From Candidatus Latescibacterota bacterium (GTDB lineage Bacteria; Latescibacterota; UBA2968; UBA8231), in the NCBI GenBank assembly GCA_965261395.1, contig OZ253462.1:1696001-1760000 (forward strand): DNA of 64,000 nucleotides. The letters run 5' to 3'. Made by a program: the position numbers and the translations under genes. Below, one piece after another: positions 36,294 through 48,645 of the stretch; within the stretch, counting starts at the first letter, position 1; every line of letters begins with the position of its first letter. A model generated the notes under the pieces. The model was not told where the DNA came from, ran no database searches, and worked only from the letters and a program-made list of their open reading frames with translations.

Positions 36294-39200
36294 TTACCAG
36301 TACAGGGTGCTGCGCAGCTTGAGCTCGTGCCCGGACTGGGCCGCCGTGCGCTCGCGGCGCTCGCCGACCAAATCCACGCGCAACGACCGCTCCACGCGCA
36401 GCCGCCCACCCAAGCCATAGGTGCGCGTGTCTCGGCCCGACGACGCGACACGCGCATACGGAGTTAGCAGGCCACCGAGCGCGTCTAGGCCGTACCCTAA
36501 CTCCGCGTCGAATAGACCGGCCCCGGCGGCTTGGGTGGATCGCGCCAAGTCCGCCGCACTGCGCTGCGACCAGAGGCGATCCATCCCGCTCGTCGCCCCC
36601 CAAGACGACTGCATCCGCAGCGACGGGCCTCGGCCCAACGCGCCTGGGTCTAGACTGAGCGAGCCGCCCACGCCCCACTCCTCATAGCCGTTGGCCTGAT
36701 GCACCAGCAGCCGCCGCGCCGTCGCCTTCAATTCCAAGCCCCGCTGTACGTGGGTATAGCCCAAGTTGCCGCCCACTTCCAGCCCCAGCCCGGTCTCCGC
36801 GTCGCCGCCATCGTGGCGCACTCCCACTTCCAGCGACGGGGACATCCGGCCCGAGTCCAATTCCACAGGGCGACCTCCTTCCAGCAGGAGGCGCAATCGG
36901 CTCGTCATGGTCTCTAGCGCCGGTCGGACCGCGGCGTCTGTATCCATCCGCACCAAGAAGGCGTCCGACTTCAGCGCCACATCGAAGTCAGACGATTCCG
37001 TCGGCGACAGCAACACGCCGCGAGCACCCAATCCACCCATCAGCATCCCAATATCAGTGTCGGGACGGTCGCCCATTCGTTCCATCTGGCCGCGCCCGTA
37101 GCCGAACAACCCCCACGCCGACAGCCGCTCAGTCACTGCGACGCGTAGGTAGGGATGCACGCTAGTCAGATAGCTCGCCAGTTCGCCTTTGCGGAAAGCC
37201 TCCTCGGCCGTATGCACATCGAACTCGCCGGTGCCCGAGCTGTGCGCCACCGCCAAACCAGCCAGCATCCGACCTTGTTGCCAATCACCGCCGAGCAGGC
37301 CCGTTGCCGCGCCACCCGTAAGCGATAAATCGACCTCCTCGCTCCTGAAGCGGGTCGTCGCTCCTCGCCCCCAAGCTGTCCAGCGGGCACCTTGCTCTTC
37401 GCTAGGTTTAGCCGACGACACTTGGAAGGAACTGCGGGATATAATATCCGCGAAGGAACTTCTCGTCAGATGATAGAAGGGATGCTGGGATAGAACATCT
37501 GCGGAGGAAGCATTCTTGGCCGGGACAGTCCGGTCAACCGCATTAGCCCCCCCTCGCCCGGCCACTGCCGCCGCCGTCACCCGCTGACCGCCCAACGTTA
37601 GATGTGCACCTTGTCCAGACCGACCCGTTAGGCGGTCCGAGACCGCGTCCATTACTTGGCTCGCCGTCGTCCGCCCAAACCGCGCCAGCCACGCCTTCTC
37701 CACCGAGGGGTCATCGTCGGTGATAGTACCTGTGGCTGTGCCTTCGGCTATTGTGGCGTTGGTCGGATCGCTCAACGCGATGGTGAGCGTTTCGTCGCCT
37801 TCATCCAGCGCGTCGTTGAATACTACTACCGCGATGGTCACCTCGGTCTGGCCGGGCGCGAAGGTTAGACGGTCGTCTGCCGCCACGTAATCCGCGTCTG
37901 CCTTCGCCGTACCGTCAGCGGTCGTCCAATCGACCGTCACTTCAAGGCTGCTGGCCGCTCCCAGCGTCACCGCGAAGGTGATCTCCCGGTCGCCTTCGGC
38001 TGCCTCCGCGTCGGCGATGGTCAGGGCCGGGGTGTCGTCGTTGTCGGCGATCGTGCCGGTAGCCTCCGCATCGTCCAAGGTCGCATTCGCTGCATTGGTC
38101 AATGCGACGGTGAATGTCTCGTCGGCTTCGTCCAGTGCGTCGTCTAACAGCGGTACGGTAACTGTCTGTTCCGTTTCCAGGGCGTCGAAAGTTAGCGTGC
38201 CCGTCGTCTCCGCGTAGTCGGTGCCCTCCTCTGCCGTGCCGTCCGCGGTCGTCCAATCGACCATTACCTCAAGGCTGCTGGCCACATTCAGCCGCACAGT
38301 GAAGGTGATCTGCTCGTCACCCTCTGTGGCATTCGCGTCGGCGATGGTCAGGGCCGGGGTGTCGTCCTCGGTGATTGTTACCGTCACCTCGGAGGCCGCC
38401 ACCCCTTCGTAGTCGCCACCGCTGACTGTATGCGTCAGGGTCACCGGATCGTCGTCAATGGCGTCGTCGTCAGGAGAGGCGGTTACCGCAACCGTCTGCG
38501 GTGTATTCCAATTGGCTGCCGTGAAGGTTAGCGTCGTCTCGTCCACTGCGACCTCAGCGTCCTCCGGCACTGCCACCATGACCATCACGTCTGCCGCTGG
38601 CTTGGTATCCAGCACCATCATGTAGCTCTGGGAATCGCCTTCTGGTATGGTCAATGCCGTCTCCGACACCGCGACTCCTGGTGTGTCGTCTTCGATAATC
38701 GAAACTTCGACATCTGCCGCCGTCACGCCCTCGTAGTCTCCGCCGCTGACGGCGTGCGTCAGCACCACTGGATCGTCGTCGATGGCGTCGTCGTCTTGAG
38801 CAGCGGTTACCGCGACTGTCTGTGGTGTATTCCAGTTGGCTGCCGTAAATGTCAACGTTAGAGGAGACACCGCTACTTCCGCGTCTTCCGGCACTGCCAC
38901 CACTACCATCACGTCCGCTGCTGGCTCGGTATCCAGCACTACCGTGTAGCTTTGGGAGCTGCCTTCCGGCACTTCCAGCACGTCGGTTGAGATCGTCACG
39001 CCAGCCGTGTCGTCTTCGGTGATCGTCACCTCGACGCCCGCTGCCGTCACATCCTCGTAGTCTCCGCCGCTGACTATGTGCGTGATCGTCAGCGGATCGT
39101 CGGTGACGGCATCGTCGTCTTGAGCGGCGGTTACCGCGACTGTCTGTGGTGTATTCCAATTGTCCGCCGTGAACGTCAACATCAGCGGAGCCACCGCGAT

Positions 39201-42200
39201 GTCCGCGTTTTCTGGCACCTGTATTTCGACGGTCACATCTGCCGCTGGCTCAGTGTCCAGCACCACTGTGTAGCTTTGGGAATCGCCTTCCGGCACTTCC
39301 AGCGCAGCGGTTGAGATCGTCACTCCAGCCGTGTCGTCTTCGGTGATTGTCACTTCGACATCTGCCGCCGTCACACCCTCGTAGTCTCCGCCGCTGACGG
39401 CGTGCGTCAGCATCAGCGGATCGTCGGCCACCGCATCGTCGTCGCGGGCTGCGGTTACTGCGACCGTCTGCGCCTCGTTCCAATTAGCCGCCGTGAAGGT
39501 CAACGCCGCTGGAGACACCGACACCTCCGCGTCCTCCGGCACCTGCACGGCCACCGTCACGTCCGCGGCTGGCTCGGTGTCCAGCACTACTGTGTAGCTC
39601 CGAGAATCGCCTTCTATGATCGTCAAGGCCGTCTCGGAGACCGTTATTCCTGGGGAGTCGTCTTCGGTGATCGTCACTTCGACGCTTGCTGCGGATAGGC
39701 CCTCGTAGTCGCCGCCGCTGACGGCGTGCGTCAGCATCAGCGGATCGTCGGCCACCGCGTCGGCATCCTGAGTGGCAGTCACCATTACCGTCTGTGTCGT
39801 CTTCCAGTTGGCCGCGGTGAACGTCAATTCCGTCTCGTCCACTGCGACCTCTGCGCCTTCGGGCACTTGCACGGTCACGGTCACGTCCGCTGTCGGCTCC
39901 GAGGTCAGCACTACCGCGTAGCTGGCGCTGGCGCCCTCATCCACCGTTAAAGACGTCGGGGTCACGGTCGCGCCGCGCTCGTCGTTATCGGTGACTGGTA
40001 CCGTCGCGCTAGCGGCTTCGCCCACCCGATGGGTCGCGCGCTCCGCAATCGTTGCCGTCACCGCGCCGTCCGCCTCGTCGCGCTCGTCGTCGTCTGTCGC
40101 CACCTGAAGCGTCGTCGTTTCCGCATCCGTTGCGAACGTCGCCTCGGTGGGAGCTCCTTCCGCGAGGAACGCGCCGCGCTCCGTCACGGTCACCGGCACC
40201 GTCAGCGGCGCGGTCAAGTCGCCCACTCGCGTCAGCGTGAATGTCGCCGTCCCACCTTCTTCTACGGCCGCTGGGTCTGCCGCCACACTGACCACCGGCA
40301 GATCGTTATCGGCGATTATGCCCGTTGCCGCGCCATCTGCGACCGTCGCGTTCTCCGGCTCACTCAACAGGACCGTAAACGCTTCGATTGCCTCGTCTAG
40401 GGCATCGTCGATAATGGGCACGCGGATCGTCTGCTCCGTCTCCAAGGCAGCAAAGGCCAGCATGCCGGTCGTTCCCTCGTAGTCCGTCCCTGCCATCGCC
40501 GTGCTGTCGGCGGTCGCATACCCTACCGTCACCGTCTGGCTGCTGGCCACGTTCAGCGCCACGGTGAACTCCAGCACTTGGTCCCCCTCCGCCGCTGCTC
40601 CGTCGGTGACCGCCAGTTCCGGCGTGTCGTCTTCGGTTATGGTGACCGCCACGGATTCGGCCGTCACTGTATCGTAGTCTCCGCCGCTGACGACGTGCGT
40701 CAGCATCAGCGGATCGTCGGCCACCGCGTCGGCATCCTGAGTGGCGATCACTGTTATCGTCTGTGTCGTCTTCCAGTTGGCCGCGGTGAACGTCAATTCC
40801 GTCTCGTCTACTGCGACCTCCGCGCCTTCGGGCACCTGCACGGTCACGGTCACGTCCGCCGTCGGCTCCGAGGTCAGCACTACCGCGTAGCTCGAACTGC
40901 TGCCTTCGTCCACGGTCAACGCTGTCGGGGTCACGGTTACGCCGCGCATGTCGTTGTCGAGGACCGGAACGATGGCACGGGCCGCATCGCCTGCCCGGTG
41001 GGTCGCGCCCTCCGCGATTGTCGCCGTCACCAAGCCGTTTACTTCGTCCTCATCATCATCTACCGTCGCCACCTGAAGCGTCGTATGCGATGCTCCGACC
41101 GCGAACCTCGCCTCGGTGGGTGTTCCATCCGCAAGGAACGCGCCGCGCTCCGTTAGGTCCACCGGCACCGTCAGTGGCCCACTCAAGTCGCCCACTCGCG
41201 TCAGTGTGAACGTCACTGTCGCGCCTTCTTCCACGGCCGCTGGGTCTGCCGCCACACTGACCACCGGCAGATCGTTATCGGCGATTATGCCCGTTGCCGC
41301 GCCATCTGCGACCGTCGCGTTCTCCGGCTCACTCAACAGGACCGTGAACGCTTCGATTGCCTCGTCTAGGGCATCGTCGATAATGGGCACGCGGATCGTC
41401 TGCTCCGTCTCCAAGGCAGCAAAGGTCAGCGTGCCGGTCGTTCCCTCGTAGTCCGTCCCTGCCATCGCCGTGCTGTCGGCGGTCGCATACCCTACCGTCA
41501 CCGTCTGGCTGCTGGCCACGTTCAGCCGCACGGTGAACTCCAGCACTTGGTCCCCCTCCGCCGCTGCTCCGTCGGTGACCGCCAGTTCCGGCGTGTCGTC
41601 TTCGGTTATGGTGACCGCCACGGATTCGGCCGGCACTGTATCGTAGTCTCCGCCGCTGACCGCATGCGTCAGCACCACCGGATCATCGGCTACTGCGTCG
41701 GCATCCTCCGCCGCCGTCACCGGCACCGTCTGCGCCTGATTCCAATCCTCGGCCGTGAACGTCAATTCCATCGCGTCCACCGCGACTTCCGCGTTTTCGG
41801 GCACCTGCACGGCTACGGTCACGTCTGCCGTCGGCTCCGAGGTCAGCACCACCGCGTAGCTGTCGCTGCTGCCTTCGTCCACCGTCAACGCTGTCGGGGT
41901 TACGGTCACGCCGCGCACGTCGTTGTCGGTGACTGGCACTATGGCACGGGCCGCATCGCCTGCCCGGTGGGTCGCGCCCTCCGCGATTGTCGCCGTCACC
42001 AAGCCGTTTACTTCGTCCTCATCATCATCTACCGTCGCCACCAGAAGCGTCGTATGCGACGCATCCGTTGCGAATGTCGCCTCGGCGGGAGCTCCTTCCG
42101 CGAGGAACGCGCCGCGCTCGGTCACACTTATTGGCACCGTCAGTGGCCCGCTCAAGTCGCCCACTCGCGTCAGTGTGAACGTCACTGTCGCGCCTTCTTC

Positions 42201-45200
42201 CACGGCCGCTGGGTCGGCTGTCACGCTCACCACCGGCAGGTCGTTGTCGGCGATCACGCCGTCCGCCGCGCCATCTCCGATTGTTGCGTTGGAAGCATTG
42301 CTCAGCGCGACCGTGAACGCTTCGACCGCCTCGTCTAGGTCGTCGTCGATGATGGGCACGCGGATCGTCTGCGTCGTCTCCAAGGCAGAAAAGGTCAGCG
42401 TGCCGGTCGTTGCCTCGTAGTCCTCGTCCGCCGTTGCCGTACCGTCGGCGGTCGCGTACTCGACTGTCACCGTCTGGCTGCTGGCCACGCTCAGCCGCAC
42501 TTGGAACGCCAGCTCCCCGTCGCCCTCTGCTGCCGCTGCATCGGCGATCCATAGCGTGGGTGTGTCGTCCTCAACGATTGTCACCGCAACCCTGGCTGCC
42601 GTCACCGCATCGTAATCGCCGCCACTGACTGCATGACGGATCGTCCCTGGATTGTCGGCTACAGCGTCGGCATCTTGAGCGGCGGTCACTGTTATCGTCT
42701 GCGCCTGGTTCCAATCTTCCGCCGTGAACGTCAATTCCGTCTCGTCCACTGCCACCTCCGCGTCTTCGGGCACCAGCACGGCTAGGGTCACATCCGCCGT
42801 CGGCTCCGAAGTCAGCACCACCGTGTAGCTGGCGCTGCCGCCCTCGGGAATGGTCAGGGCCGTCGGGGTCGCGGTCACGCCGCGCACGTCGTTGTCGAGG
42901 ACCGGAACGATGGCACGGTGGGTTGCGCCATCCGCGATCGTCGCCGTCACCAAGCCGTTGGCTTCGTCCACATCATCGTCCAGAGTCGCCACCTGAAGCG
43001 TCGTGTGCGATGCTCCGACCGCGAACATCGCCTCGGTGGGTGTTCCGTCCGCGAGGAACGCGCCGCGCTCCGTCACGTTCACCAGCACCTTCAGCGGCAC
43101 AGTGAGGTCGCCCGCCCGCTTCAGGGTGAACGTCACCGTCTCGCCTTCTTCCACCGCTGTCGGATCTGCCGCCACGCTCACCACCGGCAGGTCGTTGTCG
43201 ACAATTACACCGATGGCCTTGCCATCTTTGATCGTCGCGTTGGAAGCATTGATCAACATGACTGTAAACGTTTCCGCGGCTTCGTCTAGGTCGTCGTCGA
43301 TGATGGGCACGCGGATCGTCTGCTGTGTCTCCAAAGCGAGGAAGGTCAGCGTACCAGTCGTCGCTTCGTAATCCTCGCCCGCTGTCGCCGTGCCGGACGC
43401 AGTCACATACTCCGCGGTCACCGTCTTGTCGCTGGCTAGGCTCAGCCGGACTGAAAACGCCAGCTCCCCGTCGCTCTCTGCTGCCGCCGCGTTGGCGATT
43501 AATAGCGTAGACATATCATCTTCAAGGATCGTCACCGCAACGCTAGCCACCGTCGCCGCGTCGTAGTTGCCCCCACTGACTACATGCGTCAGTACCACCG
43601 GATCGTCGGGTACTGCGTCGAGATCCTGAGCGGCGGTCACCGTTATTGTCTGCGCCTGATTCCAATCCTCGGCCGTGAATATCAATACCGTCTCGTCCAC
43701 TGAGACTTCCGCGTCCTCTGGCACCTGCACGGCCACGGTCACTTCCGCTGTCGGCTCCGTGTCCAGCACCACCGTGTAGTTCGCGCTGCCGCCCTCGGGC
43801 ACGAGCAGCGCCGTCGGGGTCACGATCACGGCGAGCACGTCATTATCGATGACCATCACCGTCGCACTGGCTGCATCGCCTACCCGGTGGGTCGCACCAT
43901 CGGTGATCGTCGCTGTCACCGAGCCGTTGGCTTCGTCGCGCCTATCGTCGTCTGTCGCCACCAGAAGAGTGGTTGTCGCCGCATTGGCCGAGAATGTCAC
44001 CTCGGTGGGTGCTCTGCCTGCGAGGAACGAGCCGCGCTCCGTTACCCGTACCGGCACCTTCAGCGGCACGGTCAGGTCGCCTACCCGCGTCAGTGTAAAG
44101 GCTACTGTCTCGCCTTCCGTCACTCCTGCTAGGTCTGTTGCTACGCTGACCACCGGCAGGTCGTTATCGGCGATTATGCCCGTGGCCTCGCCATCTGCGA
44201 TCGCCGCGTTGGCATTGCTCAACGAGACGGTGAACGTCTCCGCCGCCTCGTCTAGGTCGTCATCAATGATCGGGACGCGGATCGTCTGTGCCGTTGTCCC
44301 AATTGGGAAGGTCAGCGTCCCGGTTGCCGCCTCGTAATCCGTCCCGGCTATCGCCGTGCCGTCGGCGGTCGTCCAGTCCACCGTCACCGTCTGGCTGCTG
44401 ATCAGGCTCAGCCGCACTGAAAACGCCATCTCCCCGTCGTCCTCCGCCGCCACTCCGTCGGCGATCCGGATCGTTGGGTCGTCCTCGAGGATTGTCACCG
44501 CAACGCTCGGTGCCGTCACCGCACTGTAGTCGCCGCCGCTAACCGCATGGCGAATCGTCACTGGATCGTCGGCGTCGGTATCGGCATCATGATCTGCGGT
44601 CACCGCAACTAGCTGCGTCGTCCTCCAGTTGGCCGCGGTAAATGTCAACGCCGTTGGGGCGACCGAAATCTCTGCGCCCGCTGGCACCTGCACGACCACG
44701 GTCACGTCCGCTGTCGGTTCTGTGTTCAGCGCCACCCCGTAGCTAGCACTACCGCCCTCGCGGACTGTCAGCGTCCTCGGGGTCACGGTCACGCCGCGCA
44801 CATCGTTGTCGATGACCGTCACTGTTGCGCTGGCCGCAGCGCCTATCTGATACGCGCCGCTGGTGATCGTCGCCGTCACTGCACCGTTCGCCTCTACGTG
44901 CCCGTCGTCGTCTGTTGCCACCAGAAGCGTGGTCGTCGCGGCATTCGCTGCGAATGTCGCTACGGTGGGAACCTCGTCCGTGAGGAACGCACCGAGCTCT
45001 GTTACCTGTACTGGCACCGTCAGCGGCGCGGTCAGCTCGCCTGCCCGCGTCAGCGTAAACGCTACCGTCCCGCCTTCTGCCACGGCTGTCTGGTTTGCTG
45101 CGACGCTGACCACTACTCGTAGATCGTTGTCGGCGATTGCGCCCGTTGCCTTGCCTTGGCCGATTGTCGCGTTGGAATTGCGCAACCTGACTGTGAACGT

Positions 45201-48200
45201 CTCGTCGTCCTCTACCACATTGTCGTCAATGATGAATACGCGGATCCTCTGCTCCGTCTCCAAGATGGGGAAGGTCAAGGTCCCGATTGTCGCCCTGTAA
45301 TCCTGCCCCGCCGTCGCCGTGCCGCTCACGGTCGCGTAGTCCACCGTCACCGCCTCGAGACTTACTGCATTCAGCCTCACCGCGAAATCCAGCACTCCGC
45401 CTCCCTCCGACACCTGATAGCGCGTCGCGGCAAACGACACCGTCACATCGCTTCTGCGCACTTCTATCTCGGGTTCTTCCCCGTCGTTGTCGGCGATTGC
45501 CACCGTCGCGCTGGCCGCATCGCCTGTCCGATAGGTATCACCATCGGTGATCGTCGCCGTCACCGCGCCGATTGCTTCCTCCACCTCATCGTCCACCGTC
45601 TCTAGCTCAAGCGTGGTCGTTGTCTCATTCGCCGCGAATCTCACACTCGTATTAGTAGGTACTCCGTCGGCGAGGAAGTCACCGCGCTCCGTTATGCGTA
45701 CCGGTACCCTCAGCGGCTCGGTCAGGTTGCTGCCGGTTCGCGTCACCGTGAACGTCACCGTCTCGCCTTCTTCTACCTTGGTCTGATCTGTCGTCACGCT
45801 CACCACCTGCAGATCGTTGTCGGTGATCGCGCCCGTTGCCTCGCCTACGCCGATCGGCACGTTGGAATTGCGCAACCTGAGTATGAACGTCTCCTCTTCC
45901 TCCACCAACTTGTCGTCAATGATGGGCACGCGGATTATCCGCCCCCTCGACCCAGCCGGGAAGGTCAGGGTCCCGACGGTCCCCTCGTAATCCGTCCCCC
46001 CTATTGCCGTGCCGGTCACGGTCACATAGTCCACCACCGCCTCTTGGCTGACTGCTTTACTCAACCTCACTCTGAATTCCACCGCCTCGTCGTCCTCCGA
46101 CGCCTCATAGCGCTCCCTCGTAAATGATACTGTCACATCCTCCGGCAGCGGGGTGAGGGGAGTCGATGGGGTGCCGCCTGTTCCCGAAGGGCCGTCTGTT
46201 CCCGATGGGCCCCCTGTTCCCGGAGGGTCGCCTGTTCCCGGAGGGTCGGTGACCGGAGGATTGACCGGAGGGTTGACCGGATCGCCCGACTCCGACACGT
46301 TCCTCACCGTTACTATGATCGTCTGGTCTGCGGTCAGGGGTGGCGTGCCGCTAGTCGCACGCACCACCACCACGTACACGTTGTCGCCTGCCGGGCTCGA
46401 CGGGTTTGCGCTCTCCTCGTCCTCTGGATTCTCGAAATCCGGTGCCGTTTTGAACCTCAGCTCGTTCGAAGACACAATCTCAAACTTATCCCTATCTGCC
46501 CCGCCTGGGGTCGAGTAGGTTATTGGGTCTCCATCTTCGTCCGACGCTTGGACGGTAAGCACAGGCCTCGTGTTCTCGTCCACCGTCTGCCTCACCGTCT
46601 CCTCGCTGAACACCGGTGGCGCGTTATTGTCCATTGTCGAACCGGTCCCCGAATTCGACCACATACTCGTTCCCTCGTCGTTCTTCGCTTGGATCTGGAC
46701 TTCGTACTCGGTGTTCTCGTCAAGGCTGCTGATCGTCTCTGACAATCTGGTGGTCGTCCCCTCCGTCCAGTTTGCCTCCAAATCCGGATCGCTCGTCTTC
46801 TTGTACTGGTAATTGTAGCCGGTGATTGGCGGACGACCCTCGTTCGTGGGTTCCGACCAGCGCACCATCAGGCTCGTCACAGACTCGGCCGACACCGACG
46901 GTGCATTAGGCCTGCCCGGCGGCTCATCCACGTCTATCACCGCTACGGTAATCGTCTGCTTTGCGGTCTTCTCACGCGCCCCCGTACCGCTGGTCACTTC
47001 TACCACCACCACGTACCTGTTGTTGGGCCGAGCCTCGAAGTTCGGTACCGTTTTGAACCTCAGCTCGTTCGAAGACACAATCTCAAACTGATCCTTATCT
47101 ACCCCGTCTACGATCTCGTAGAGCTCGATGTTGTCGTCGCTGTCCGACGCTACGAGCGTCAGCACCGGCACCGTCGTGGACGTGTTCTCCGGCACATCCA
47201 CATCATCATCGCTGGTGAACTCCGGTGCCGCGTTGGCTTCCGTCTCTCCGGTTCCCGAATCCGACCACTGGCTCTCTCCTTAGTCATTCTCCGCTCGGAT
47301 CTGGACATAGTACGCGGTGTCTTCGTCGAGGTTCGGGATCACCACCGGCGATCCGGCGATCATCGTACTCGTCACCTCCGTCCAGTCTTCCGGCGGATCG
47401 CTCGTCTTCTCGTACCGGTAGTCGTAGTCTTTGATCGCTGGCCTACCATCGTTCGTCGGTGCCTCCCAACGCACCTCCAGACTCGTCTCAGAGTCTGTCA
47501 AAACCGACGGTGCATCCGGCGTGTCCGGCGGCTCATCCACGTCCGTCACCCTTACTGTGATCGTCTGTTCTGCGGTCTTCTCACGCCCCCCCGCGCCGCT
47601 GGTCGCCTCTACCACCACCTCATACACGTTGTCTCCATTCGCGTCCTGCGGATTCTCGTGGTCCGGTGCCGTTTTGAACGTTAGATCGCCCGTTGACGAT
47701 ATAGGCAAGAACTGCCCTTGGTCCGCGCCGTCCACGATATCGTAGCCTGTCACGCTGTCCTGGCTGTCGCCGTCCACCGCTTCGACTTTATCCGGCACTG
47801 ACGTAGAGTTCTCAGGAATGCTCTTCGTCGCTGAAGTGAACCTCGGTGCGTCGTTTTGCGGCGGTGGCGGTGTTATTACTTCCGTTGATGTTCCGTCCGG
47901 ACAGTTCCCTTCCACTAAATTATAATCATCGCTGTCTTCATCGTACGCTTCCGCCACACATTTATCCCAACCGCCTATCCCTTCCTCATCTATGTCCATA
48001 TGCCAATGGGTGTTGGCGTATCTATACTCTTCGTTTGGATGGGTTCTTACAAATTCGTCCCATTCCTCGTTAAGCTGGTGCCATTGATTTTCGCCAGGAC
48101 CACAGATGGTTGCCGGATCTCCATTCGGATTTGCATCCAGCGCTTTACAGACTTTCGGGATATCATGTCCGAATGTGGGTAATGCCGATGTCAGCGAAAC

Positions 48201-48344
48201 GAAAATGCAAATGACGAGCGCGAATCCCGTGCGGGAGAGTAAGGCGTTCTCTTTGCGGTGCCGAGCGGTAAGCACGTCACGCACTCGCTCGCCCGGCGGC
48301 GTTGACATGGCGGGACCATGCGGTAAATAATCGGTGAGACGCAT
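36294..48344 (-). pseudogene. Giant (~4000 aa) repetitive adhesin: cadherin-like, FN3 and Calx-beta repeats plus a C-terminal autotransporter-like barrel; one in-frame TAA at 47280-47282
   Basis: ORFs 47280..48368 and 36294..47201 share a frame and read VQIRAEND*GESQWS, versus VQIQAKNDEGTSMWS in the second FN3. WLARFGRT precedes a barrel ending in terminal W. Exact start uncertain. Confidence 0.85.
40150..42250 (-). repeat. Near-identical ~969-bp tandem module repeats inside the giant adhesin
   Basis: Sequence at 40264 recurs at 41233; antisense ORFs recur at offset 969 (40147/41116, 40578/41547, 41018/41987). Boundaries approximate. Confidence 0.9.
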
Positions 48345-48594
48345 TATTATCCCTAAGGGGCCTGGCAAAGCAGGCCCCTATCAATGGGGAAATATTATAG
48401 GGGCTTGAGGGGAACGACAGCCTGAAGGCGATTGCTTGACAAACGCCTTCAGCACCGTGGGGGGGGGAGGATACTCTAAAAATATACTACATAAGATGCT
48501 ATATGGAAAGGAGATACTACATATTGGATTGGACGATATATCGTCTAAAAACAATCAGATTGGCCCATAGACGACTTGGTAACAGGTAGTTATA

Positions 48595-48639
48595 ACAAAG
48601 GTCTATTTATCGCCTCTGAGACGATAAATAGACCTTTGT
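48595..48639 (-). terminator. Long hairpin, probable terminator of the metalloprotease gene
   Basis: Perfect 18-bp stem ACAAAGGTCTATTTATCG / CGATAAATAGACCTTTGT, 6 nt from the stop. Confidence 0.7.
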
Positions 48640-48645
48640 ATTTTT

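Noticed and set aside
36294-48344. Diversity-generating retroelement or invertible shufflon acting on the adhesin
   Set aside because: No reverse transcriptase or recombinase in the window; the repeats are in-frame tandem domains.
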